53,817 bases of DNA from Candidatus Heimdallarchaeota archaeon (GTDB lineage Archaea; Asgardarchaeota; Heimdallarchaeia; Heimdallarchaeales; Heimdallarchaeaceae), in contig JABCTC010000023.1 of the NCBI GenBank assembly GCA_018238545.1, forward strand, positions 1 to 53,817, given 5' to 3'. The notes under the pieces are model-generated. The model did no database searches and was not told where the DNA came from. It saw only the letters and a program-made list of their open reading frames with translations. The translations under genes and the position numbers were made by a program. This document shows positions 1 to 8,208 of the stretch, piece after piece (the first letter of the stretch is position 1; the number at the start of each line of letters is the position of its first letter).

Positions 1-1062
1 TTCACACTCTTTGACCATTTCATGCAGAGTGTCCCTCAGTTAGTTAAAGGTCTCCCAGTAGCAAAAGTTGTTCCATTACCATTTAAAAGAAAAAAGAAAG
101 GAAGATTACCCATAAAATTGTTAATGAAAAAATATTATGTTATCGCCCGTCAAGGGAATGCAAAAACACTAACAGCACAAATTAATAAACAAGGATGGAC
201 AGAATTAGGTTTTCCCCAGAAAGGGAAGAAGAAACTTGTTGCAAAAACACTTTCCCCCTCCAAAGTACGAGAGTATATTCACAATGGCGCAGAGATCAAA
301 CTTTTCCAAGTTAGCAGTGGTCAAGCACCTAGTTACAAACCTCGAGTGGATGTCGTTCTCGAGGGAGCAATGGCCTGTTTCCACTCCTCTACTCTTCTCC
401 ACACTTATCTCCCGCTTATCTCAGGTCGGAAGAAAGCTATTCTTGGTCTAGATATTAACCGCTTAGGAGTACATATGTTGGCATTCAACACCTCTGTTTC
501 TCTCCCCCCAGACCTCTTGCTTCTAGCTGAACGTTATACTCATCTCAGCAATAAGGTTCTCCCTGAACTCCATCGGGGGTTGATGCGCAAACGCAAAGCT
601 CGAGATACTCTTGGTTTCTGCAAGTTGCAGGGAGAGCTCAATAGAGTTTATACTCGTCGCATGCGAATCATTCGCGAGCTTACTCGCTGTTTACCACCCT
701 TTCTTGCTGCAGTCATAGCGAAAAAACAGTGTAAGACCTTGAAGATTGAGCAGTTAACTGTTGACCCCTCAGGTACCAAAGGGGCTTTAGCTAAAGCTAT
801 TTACACCATGCCCGATAATCTCTTCATCTACCAGAAATCTGTCTGGTTAGCTTCTCAAGAGTTAGGTTATCAAGTGCAATTAGAATCTGTTAGTCCTTAC
901 CATACTAGTACTATTCATTATGGTTGTGGAGGAACGTTAGTTCGCAACCAAAGCCAGTATGATTATACTCCTTGCAAAAAGTGTGGACGAAAAGTTAACA
1001 CTCATACTAATGCCGCACACAATATTGCTTCTCTGTCTGGTACAATCCTTCCTTCCTTATAA
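1..1062 (+). CDS. tnpB: TnpB-like RuvC/zinc-ribbon protein, divergent; probably 5'-truncated by the window edge
   Basis: RuvC-I LGLDIN, RuvC-II KIEQL, SPYHTS, HxxC..CKKC zinc ribbon, RuvC-III-like HTNAAHNI. The frame is open from base 1 to the ATG at 22. Confidence 0.75.
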   Translation, partial: FTLFDHFMQSVPQLVKGLPVAKVVPLPFKRKKKGRLPIKLLMKKYYVIARQGNAKTLTAQINKQGWTELGFPQKGKKKLVAKTLSPSKVREYIHNGAEIKLFQVSSGQAPSYKPRVDVVLEGAMACFHSSTLLHTYLPLISGRKKAILGLDINRLGVHMLAFNTSVSLPPDLLLLAERYTHLSNKVLPELHRGLMRKRKARDTLGFCKLQGELNRVYTRRMRIIRELTRCLPPFLAAVIAKKQCKTLKIEQLTVDPSGTKGALAKAIYTMPDNLFIYQKSVWLASQELGYQVQLESVSPYHTSTIHYGCGGTLVRNQSQYDYTPCKKCGRKVNTHTNAAHNIASLSGTILPSL

Positions 1063-1146
1063 TCCTCTTCCCCTCACCGCACGCGAGGGGACCCACCTAA
1101 ACGACGGTTAGACCGCCTCTGGCAAGTTTGACCAAGTTTCATAACG
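1063..1146 (+). ncRNA. Putative omega-RNA scaffold / right end of TnpB element
   Basis: GC-rich stretch directly after tnpB: hairpins CCCCTC/GAGGGG (1070-1090) and CGGT-TAG-ACCG (1105-1115), and CAAGTTT direct repeat (1123, 1133). Position matches where TnpB guide scaffolds lie. Confidence 0.45.
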
Positions 1147-1238
1147 TGCGTTGGGAGAAAGAAATATGCTAAAAGAGAAAAATCGCCAAAGAACTAAATT
1201 AATAAACATCTTAACGATAATGAGGATGGTAAATTTGC

Positions 1239-3095
1239 ATGAGTGTCTCGCAAGAAAAATCTTCTAAGAAAGTTATATCTGTTTTAATTATTGTTTTTAT
1301 TGTTATTGCAGCGTTTACATCCATATTTATTTACTGGTTTAATATTCCACAAAACAATCGTGGTTTGTTTGGCACAACATTACGTTATTACACTAAAGGG
1401 ACTGAGCGCCTTTATTATGAAGAGTATTCAAAATCTATTGCACAAGATATGAGAGAGATAGGTATTGATGTCACAGAATTGCCCACGGAATATGCGGTGT
1501 TTTTGGAAAATATATTCAGCGACAAAGACTTCGATTTAGCTATAATCGAATTGGAAGGGACAACTGCTCCTCATTTAGAATTTTTATTCAAACAAGGAGC
1601 TAGCTTGAATATTTTCAAGTTTAATGATACTTATGATGAGGGATATACTACTGATTTGTTAAATAATATTTCAAAAACTACTGATTTTTATGAAAGGAAG
1701 AATATGTTCTATTCTGTTCAAAATCATTTAATGACCAATATCTTGCCTATGGTTCCTCTTTTCACACCAGTTAGAACTTTTATTTATTGGGATAATTTGA
1801 GATATTTCAATCCCAATTTTGGTTTAGCAGATTCATTGCCCTATATGCAATTTAGTGGTCTTCATCAAAGCCAAACAGCTGTAGATGAATTGAACATTGG
1901 TGTACTTGGGAAATGGATTGACTTCAATCCACTAACCGTGGTGGAGAATGGAGAAAAATTAGTCTTGTCTCTAATTATGGACAAACTCACTACTATAGAT
2001 GACAAAGGAACTCCAACACCTTATGGAATCATTGACGATTGGGATTATGTTAATTCAACTTTTCTTAAATTACACGTTCGAACGGATGCTATATGGCAAA
2101 CAGACTATGAAGAATTATATGAAAATGAACCCTTCACTGCTGAAGATGTTATTTTCACTCTTGATTTGATGCTTGCTCAACAAGCTAACCGGAACTATGA
2201 AAAATTAAAATGGATTGATTCTTATGAAATTGACATTATAAACAATAATTATGTCAACGTGTATATAGATTCAGATCCCAATACAGTTGAAAAAGAACCA
2301 TATGCGTTTGCAATAGAGGATTTGTCAGTATATCCTTATCCTGAGCATTATCTTAATGTGTCTTCTTCAATAGATCAAATTCTTGATTCTTCTAGATGGG
2401 AAAAATTTGGTGAAATTCCCTTTGGTACTGGAAAATATGTTTATTCATTAACAGAAAGTGATCCAAACTTAGCTCTAGTATTTGATAAACACGCTAATTG
2501 GTTCAATGTAGGAGCTATTGATGGATCTTCATTATCTGTGGATTTTAATACAATAGAATTACAAAAATATTCGGATTCATATGCCATGAGACTGGAGATG
2601 CAAGAAGGTTCTCTTGATATCGCGGATTTTGGTAAAGACCCTGTTGCTGAAGACTCTTTTACACCCTTGGGTACATTCAGAACAGGTTTCAAATTGGAAA
2701 ACTCAATAGTTTTTCTAGCATTTAATCTTGATAATCAATATTTTGGAGGAGAAAATAATCTTATTCCTACAGCTGATTTGGAAACATCTAAAGCATTGGC
2801 AATAAGAAAAGCTATAGCAACTATTATAGACAAAACGAAAATCAACACACAATACCATAAAGGTATGTTCAATATTACAGATACTCCAATACCAACTTAT
2901 TTCAAAGATTACTATTATCCAAATGTTCCACGGTATGAACGTAGCATTGATCAAGCTATAGACTTTCTGGAACTAGCAGGTTACAATTTCACAGTTTCAG
3001 AAAATCCAGCACCTTTCAACTTTATCAGTGCTGGTTTTGGATTAGTTGTAGCATCTATGTTTGTAATGATTGTTTCTAGGAAGAAAAAGAAGTGA
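1239..3095 (+). CDS. Family-5 (OppA/DppA-like) ABC solute-binding protein, circularly permuted, with N- and C-terminal TM helices
   Basis: Motifs EPFTAEDVIFT, GTGKY, LAFN..IRKAIA..ID, FLELAGY, QDMREIGIDV, LPMVPLF; hydrophobic segments at both ends. Confidence 0.85.
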   Translation: MSVSQEKSSKKVISVLIIVFIVIAAFTSIFIYWFNIPQNNRGLFGTTLRYYTKGTERLYYEEYSKSIAQDMREIGIDVTELPTEYAVFLENIFSDKDFDLAIIELEGTTAPHLEFLFKQGASLNIFKFNDTYDEGYTTDLLNNISKTTDFYERKNMFYSVQNHLMTNILPMVPLFTPVRTFIYWDNLRYFNPNFGLADSLPYMQFSGLHQSQTAVDELNIGVLGKWIDFNPLTVVENGEKLVLSLIMDKLTTIDDKGTPTPYGIIDDWDYVNSTFLKLHVRTDAIWQTDYEELYENEPFTAEDVIFTLDLMLAQQANRNYEKLKWIDSYEIDIINNNYVNVYIDSDPNTVEKEPYAFAIEDLSVYPYPEHYLNVSSSIDQILDSSRWEKFGEIPFGTGKYVYSLTESDPNLALVFDKHANWFNVGAIDGSSLSVDFNTIELQKYSDSYAMRLEMQEGSLDIADFGKDPVAEDSFTPLGTFRTGFKLENSIVFLAFNLDNQYFGGENNLIPTADLETSKALAIRKAIATIIDKTKINTQYHKGMFNITDTPIPTYFKDYYYPNVPRYERSIDQAIDFLELAGYNFTVSENPAPFNFISAGFGLVVASMFVMIVSRKKKK

Positions 3096-3098
3096 TGA

Positions 3099-3821
3099 AT
3101 GATGAATACTATAAATGAACTTACAGAAATAAACCTAAAAAACAAAGTTTTACTTCAAGCTTTTAGCGGGAGTGGAGCTATTGGAACGTTACTCACAGCA
3201 TTTTTAACAAAATCTTTAGAAATGGAACAAGTAGCCGTTTTACACCCAAAGAATGTTGCTCCTGTTGCAATTGTAAAGAAAGGGAAAATAGAGAACCCAA
3301 TAAGGATTTTTCAGTCAGAACAATTTGCTCTAATGTCATGTGAAGTAAGTATACCATACGAAGAATTACCTGAGTTCCTAGAAATACTTGTAGATTTTTA
3401 TATCAAACAAGGTGTTTCATATATTGTTCCTGTAGGTGGACTTCCGATTTTCCAAAATCCCAATGGAGAATCAAAATGCGTCGGTGTATCAGCTGATGAT
3501 TCATCTCTAAAATTTCTAGAAGAGAAAGGTGTAGAGTTGTTAGATGAAGGAATAATCTATGGTTCAGTTGTAGAAACAATGGAATTGTGTCAAGCTAAAG
3601 GTTTCAAGAACTGTTTTTCACTGATGGCAGAATGTGATCCTAGTGTACCTTCTTACCAACCAACAAAAGAAATTCTCAAAGCTCTTGGTAAATTATTCGG
3701 GCTGGAATATGACGAAGAACAATATGAAGAAATTATTTCTGTCATAAAGAAAAGAATAGAAGAAAGTTCTAAATTAATTAGAGAAGAAACTATCGATAAA
3801 ACAAGAGAAAGCCATCTATGA
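3099..3821 (+). CDS. PAC2-family proteasome assembly chaperone-like protein
   Basis: AFSGSGAIG N-terminal motif, PIRIF, VGGLP, G.IYG pattern; typical length. Confidence 0.75.
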   Translation: MMNTINELTEINLKNKVLLQAFSGSGAIGTLLTAFLTKSLEMEQVAVLHPKNVAPVAIVKKGKIENPIRIFQSEQFALMSCEVSIPYEELPEFLEILVDFYIKQGVSYIVPVGGLPIFQNPNGESKCVGVSADDSSLKFLEEKGVELLDEGIIYGSVVETMELCQAKGFKNCFSLMAECDPSVPSYQPTKEILKALGKLFGLEYDEEQYEEIISVIKKRIEESSKLIREETIDKTRESHL

Positions 3822-3989
3822 TGAGTTTTTGTCTATTAGAACCTTTTTCATCTATTTTCTTGTGAATTGTAGTGAAAATACCCTGATTCTCATATTATTC
3901 CCACAGAAAAAATTAATGAATCGCCCGGAACTGCTAGAAAAGTCAGAGAAGGGATTTTTGTCGAGTTTCAGTGCCTATTACTCTGGTCA

Positions 3990-4005
3990 GAAAAAAGTTT
4001 AAATA
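3990..4005 (+). promoter_or_regulatory. Archaeal BRE/TATA promoter for the downstream ncRNA
   Basis: GAAAAAAG followed by TTTAAATA (3998-4005); predicted start about 4028-4030; no credible CDS downstream on this strand. Confidence 0.6.
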
Positions 4006-4027
4006 GGTTGGAGTTTCTGTTCTAATA

Positions 4028-4314
4028 GTTAGGGTAGTTCAAACAAGGCAGATAAAGGGGAACTGCAAACTGAACAGGAAGAGTAATCCGATGCTTAACC
4101 CCCTCAAGGGTGAACTCGGGAACAATGGTTGAACCCCTTTTTAAATGGTTTGAACCCCCATTGGGCTTAGATAAAGACCTCCTAAGTCCGAAATCCCCCA
4201 GAACCAGACTTAGTCTGGAATCAGAAGAATTTCTTCTGTCTGCCAGAACCCCAACCAAAAACCCAAAGCGTCGAGTAAGAATTTCCTTCCTGTTCAGGCA
4301 GAAATCCCTTTTTT
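4028..4314 (+). ncRNA. Structured ncRNA precursor with bulge-helix-bulge motif in a degenerate tRNA-Cys(GCA)-like frame; predicted 235-nt excised/circular RNA 4069-4303
   Basis: 12-bp perfect stem 4070-4081/4286-4297, 4-bp helix CTGC/GCAG with AAA bulges at 4067-4069 and 4302-4304, outer GGGG/TCCC-type stem, several inner hairpins with G-U pairs favouring the + strand, and a T6 run at the end. Confidence 0.7.
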
Positions 4315-4332
4315 CAATTCATTCTTCTTTCA
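4309..4332 (+). terminator. Oligo-T / pyrimidine-rich archaeal terminator
   Basis: TTTTTT immediately after the closing stem, followed by a T/C-rich tract. Confidence 0.5.
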
Positions 4333-4428
4333 TTAAAAATATGGTAATTTTAGAAGATAATAGATAAAACGAAGAATTAATACATTTCTTACATTCTTTT
4401 ACCATGTTATATTTTTCAATATTTCTTT

Positions 4429-4755
4429 CTAACTAACTCCTTCAGCTAGTAGTTCTCCTATCGCTTCTGTTGTCATGCTAAACACAGACAAGATTTCTTC
4501 CTTTGAGTGTAAAATTTCGTAAAGATTTTTAAGCTTCAAATCTTTACCTTTGGCATCTTTTAGAATGATTTCATATCCCAAACCTTTACCCAAATTTTTC
4601 TCATCATTAATCCAATCTTTTTGTTCATCAAAAAATTGTGAGAGAAAGCATTTGATACTATTCACATCATTAAGTTTGTAATGTGCTAATTCCAAACTCT
4701 TTTCCTTATTTTCGGTTAATATTTTGAAGATCAATTTCCAAGTCAAATTTTTCAC
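4429..4755 (-). CDS. Hypothetical protein
   Basis: 108-aa ORF with host-like composition; GTG start; no recognised motif. Confidence 0.6.
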   Translation of the reverse strand: MKNLTWKLIFKILTENKEKSLELAHYKLNDVNSIKCFLSQFFDEQKDWINDEKNLGKGLGYEIILKDAKGKDLKLKNLYEILHSKEEILSVFSMTTEAIGELLAEGVS

Positions 4756-4820
4756 CTAATTTTCTTTTCATTATTATTATTCTCAAATTGACTTAAAAAG
4801 GAGGCAATTTTGTCTTCGAG

Positions 4821-6247
4821 TTTATGAATATGTTTTTGTCTTTTTGTCTTATTTGCTTGTAAAACTAGTAACATTTTAGTGATATTACGGGTGTTTTTAT
4901 AATGAACTCTGGGTCAACGAAAGATGGCAAAGGTACTGCGTGCAGAGCGTATAGAAGTGACGTATCATCCAGCATTAAGCAGAATCTGTCATCAAGCAAA
5001 AAATCTCCATAATCGAGCAAATTTTCTGATAAAAACCTCTTTGAAGCAAACAAGTACGCTTCTCTTTTACTATGATCTTGACAAACAGTTGAAACAGGAG
5101 GAGTGCTACAGAGTCCTTCCGGCTCATGTTGCACAACAGACGCTCAAACTCCTTTCTAGAACTTGGAAGAGCTATTTCCAAGCTAAACAAGAGTGGAAGA
5201 AGAAACCTACATTGTTTTTTGCCATGCCTAAACCACCTAGCTACAAAAAGAAAGATGGAGAAACAGTAGCCATCTTCACCAATCAACAAGCGAAGATAGT
5301 CAATGGATGGCTAGTGTTACCTAAAAAAGTGAAGTACACCTACAAGACAAGACTAACAGCTCAAGCAGAGCTAAGAGAAGTTAGAATCATTCCTCGAAGG
5401 ACACATTACACCCTTGAACTTGTTTATTTGAAGAGTATACCAAGTCTTAGGAAGAAGATGACCAGAAAAGGAGCGATAGATCTAGGGATGGACAACCTTG
5501 CCGCTTTCGTGGATAACCTCGGAGGAAGGCCGATTGTTATCAAAGATGCAGGGAAGGGGATAAAATCCATTACGCAATATTATTTGAAAGAACAGAAAAA
5601 ATTACAAACACAGTATAGTCAGCAGCAGAGAAAACAATTGCAATCGAATAATCGTCTGAAATATGGTCCAGCTTATTACAAACTCAAAGAAAAGTGGAGA
5701 AGAAAGCTAAATGATGCTATCCACAAATTAACCAAGTATCTGGTAGACTTGTGGGTCGAACGAGGGCTCCATGAAGTGGTAATAGGCTATAACCCGTTGT
5801 GGAAACAAGGAGTGCATTTCTGGAAGAAAACTACCCAGATGTTCGTCACCATTCCCTATCTAAAAATCATTGATGTGCTAAAATATAAAGGAGCTGAGCG
5901 AGGGATAAAAGTGGAGACCATCCCAGAAGAATACACTTCTAAAAGCAGTTTCCTGGATAATGAGTTCCCTAAAAAACGGAAAAAGTACAAGGGAAAAAGG
6001 ATTCACCGAGGGTTGTTCCGTTCTGCTGCTGGTCACTTGATCAATGCTGACGTTAATGCCGCATACAATATTCTGATAAAAAGCGATCCGAAAGCACTAC
6101 CTAAACGTAGTGTGAACGGGGTAGGAGGATACGTGATGTATCCACTAAGAGTGAGTATAGAGTGTCTTCGCCCCATATCATGACCTCTAAGCACGACATG
6201 TACCTAGCTTTGTCTAATAAGACAAGAAGACAAATAAGCATCATAAA
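4821..6247 (+). mobile_element. Non-autonomous TnpB-only insertion element bounded by imperfect inverted repeats
   Basis: Inverted repeats 4821-4853 and 6216-6247 flank a single tnpB; visibly higher GC than flanks; no transposase inside. Confidence 0.7.
4924..6183 (+). CDS. tnpB: RNA-guided endonuclease TnpB (IS200/IS605/IS607-associated), rearranged-RuvC type without zinc finger
   Basis: AKNLHNRANF, AQQTLK, GAIDLG, VVIGYN..WKQ, EEYTSKSSFLD, GKRIHRGLF, INADVNAAYNI. Confidence 0.92.
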   Translation: MAKVLRAERIEVTYHPALSRICHQAKNLHNRANFLIKTSLKQTSTLLFYYDLDKQLKQEECYRVLPAHVAQQTLKLLSRTWKSYFQAKQEWKKKPTLFFAMPKPPSYKKKDGETVAIFTNQQAKIVNGWLVLPKKVKYTYKTRLTAQAELREVRIIPRRTHYTLELVYLKSIPSLRKKMTRKGAIDLGMDNLAAFVDNLGGRPIVIKDAGKGIKSITQYYLKEQKKLQTQYSQQQRKQLQSNNRLKYGPAYYKLKEKWRRKLNDAIHKLTKYLVDLWVERGLHEVVIGYNPLWKQGVHFWKKTTQMFVTIPYLKIIDVLKYKGAERGIKVETIPEEYTSKSSFLDNEFPKKRKKYKGKRIHRGLFRSAAGHLINADVNAAYNILIKSDPKALPKRSVNGVGGYVMYPLRVSIECLRPIS

Positions 6248-6343
6248 CCATTTTAGGTGATTCTTCCAATTTATCTGCGAACTAAAATCTATAAGTTTTT
6301 AAAGTATCTCTGAACCGATAATTCAGATTATCTAGGTGTTTTT

Positions 6344-6526
6344 ATGGGTCACGGATCATTACAAAAAGCAGGAAAAGTAAGGAAGCAAACTCCTAAAGTT
6401 ACAGCGAAAGAAAGAAAAAGTCCTATTCCTCGTAGAGGACTTAGAAATAAATATGTCAAGAGAATAATTCTTGGAAAATATGCTGGTCAACCTGCAAGTA
6501 TGGGTGCTAAGCGTCGATCCCGATAA
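6344..6526 (+). CDS. rps30e: 30S ribosomal protein eS30
   Basis: [17 protein letters not shown] signature. Confidence 0.95.
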   Translation: MGHGSLQKAGKVRKQTPKVTAKERKSPIPRRGLRNKYVKRIILGKYAGQPASMGAKRRSR

Positions 6527-6555
6527 TCCTTTCATTTTTAAGAGAACGAATTTCG

Positions 6556-8163
6556 ATGAAGAATCCAGAATCAGCTCTCATTGATATTAAGGAAGCATTA
6601 CTTCACCTTAATATTGTTACTGAAGCTAATTTAAATCAAATAAAGAGAGGAATTGCTAAAAAATATCATCTTGACTCTTTTCCAAGGAACAGTGATATTT
6701 TGGCTATTTGTACAGAAGAAGAAAAACATAAACTGTTACCTATTTTAATGAAAAGAAAAGTGAGAACTCTTTCTGGTGTAGCTGTTGTCGCAGTTATGAC
6801 TAGACCATGGGAATGTCCACATGGGAAGTGTATAGTGTGTCCAGGTGGTCCCGATAATGATCGCCCTCAGAGTTATACTGGTTATGAACCAACCACTATG
6901 AGAGGCATTCGCAATAATTATGACCCATATCTTCAAGTTCAAGAGCGGATAAGTCAATTAGAGGCAATAGGTCACTCTGCTGAAAAGATTGATGCTATAA
7001 TAATGGGTGGGACATATACTCACCAACCCTTAGAATATCAGCAAGAATTCATATTGCGTATGTTTGATGCTATGAATGGTGTTGCTTCTACAAATATTCA
7101 AGAAGCTCACAAATTAAATGAGACAGCAAAATATCGCTGTGTAGGATTAACTATAGAAACAAGACCTGACCAGATTTCCCACGATAAAATTGACCACTTG
7201 ATAGATTTTGGTGTAACTCGTTTGGAACTAGGCGTACAATCCGTTTTTGACGATGTTTTAGAGAAAATGAACCGTGGTCATGGAACAAAAGAAATTATTG
7301 ATTCATTTAAATTTACAAGAGATTCAGGACTAAAACTAACCGCACATATGATGCCAGGTTTACCCGGATCATCTTATGATAGAGACATAGCTTCCTTTTA
7401 CCACTTATTCAATGATGGCCGATATCGTCCTGATGAGCTTAAGATTTACCCAACCATGGTTATTCCAGGAACGCAATTACATGATGATTATATTGCAGGA
7501 GATTATGTCGCTTTATCGAATGAAGAAACAGCAAAACTGGTCGCTGAAATCAAAACTATGGTTCCTCCTTATGTTAGAATTAAGAGAGTTTTAAGAGATA
7601 TACCTGCCCATCAAATAGCTGGTGGTCCAAATAAAAGTGACCTTAGGCTTGACGCACAAGCTATTCTAAAACGTGAAGGGAAGAAATGTCGTTGTATCCG
7701 TTGTAGAGAGGTTGGACGCCATGTTTATCAGAACAAAGGCGATCTTGATATGAATTCCATCCATTTTGTTCATCGTAAATATTCTGCTAGTGAAGGGACA
7801 GAACACTTTCTTTCTTACGAAGAAGTTCAAAATGATGTTATAATTGGGTTTTTGCGCCTTCGTGAATTAAGCAAAGATATAATCAGGACAGAGTTTATAG
7901 AAGAACCAACAATAGTAGTTAGAGAACTTCATGTGTATGGAGAATCTTTAGAGTTGCGTTCTTCTAGTAATAAACCAGTTCAGTGGCAACATAAAGGCTA
8001 TGGGAAGAAACTACTATTAGATGCTGAAAGTATAGCTGTAGACAATGGTTACGACAAGATATCTATCATTTCAGGAGTAGGTGTTAGAGAGTATTATCGG
8101 TCACTTGGATATAAATTAGATGGGCCTTATATGTCCAAATCACTCAAGGGTTTAGAAGGGTAA
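6556..8163 (+). CDS. elp3: Elp3 tRNA uridine(34) acetyltransferase (radical SAM + GNAT)
   Basis: RTLSGVAVVAVM, CPHGKCIVCPGG, QSYTGYEP, ETRPD, RELHVYG, QHKGYG, ISGVGVREYY. Confidence 0.97.
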   Translation: MKNPESALIDIKEALLHLNIVTEANLNQIKRGIAKKYHLDSFPRNSDILAICTEEEKHKLLPILMKRKVRTLSGVAVVAVMTRPWECPHGKCIVCPGGPDNDRPQSYTGYEPTTMRGIRNNYDPYLQVQERISQLEAIGHSAEKIDAIIMGGTYTHQPLEYQQEFILRMFDAMNGVASTNIQEAHKLNETAKYRCVGLTIETRPDQISHDKIDHLIDFGVTRLELGVQSVFDDVLEKMNRGHGTKEIIDSFKFTRDSGLKLTAHMMPGLPGSSYDRDIASFYHLFNDGRYRPDELKIYPTMVIPGTQLHDDYIAGDYVALSNEETAKLVAEIKTMVPPYVRIKRVLRDIPAHQIAGGPNKSDLRLDAQAILKREGKKCRCIRCREVGRHVYQNKGDLDMNSIHFVHRKYSASEGTEHFLSYEEVQNDVIIGFLRLRELSKDIIRTEFIEEPTIVVRELHVYGESLELRSSSNKPVQWQHKGYGKKLLLDAESIAVDNGYDKISIISGVGVREYYRSLGYKLDGPYMSKSLKGLEG

Positions 8164-8208
8164 TCTTATAATAATATCTGTGAGATTCTTCTTGAATAAT
8201 AGATTCAT

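Noticed and set aside
3818-3886. Possible C/D box sRNA (ATGATGA ... CTGA)
   Set aside because: The C box coincides with the PAC2 stop codon, the interior is U-rich terminator-like sequence, and there are no convincing C'/D' boxes or terminal stem.
4069-4303. Circularly permuted SRP RNA (the circle junction CAGGCAGAAACTGAACAGG loosely resembles SRP helix 8), RNase P RNA or 5S rRNA
   Set aside because: The loop is one base short, AGCAG is absent, there is no room for helix 6 and no Alu UGUNR motif; no RNase P or 5S conserved boxes were seen. It still merits a covariance-model check.
4028-4320. Functional intron-containing tRNA-Cys
   Set aside because: No T arm or 3' acceptor strand; D and anticodon stems are imperfect.
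4022-4367. ORFs 4022..4258 (-) and 4110..4367 (+)
   Set aside because: Atypical composition, no motifs, and they overlap a region better explained by RNA structure.
1-6247. TnpB genes as Cas12f CRISPR effectors
   Set aside because: No repeat-spacer array or cas1/cas2/cas4 anywhere in the window.
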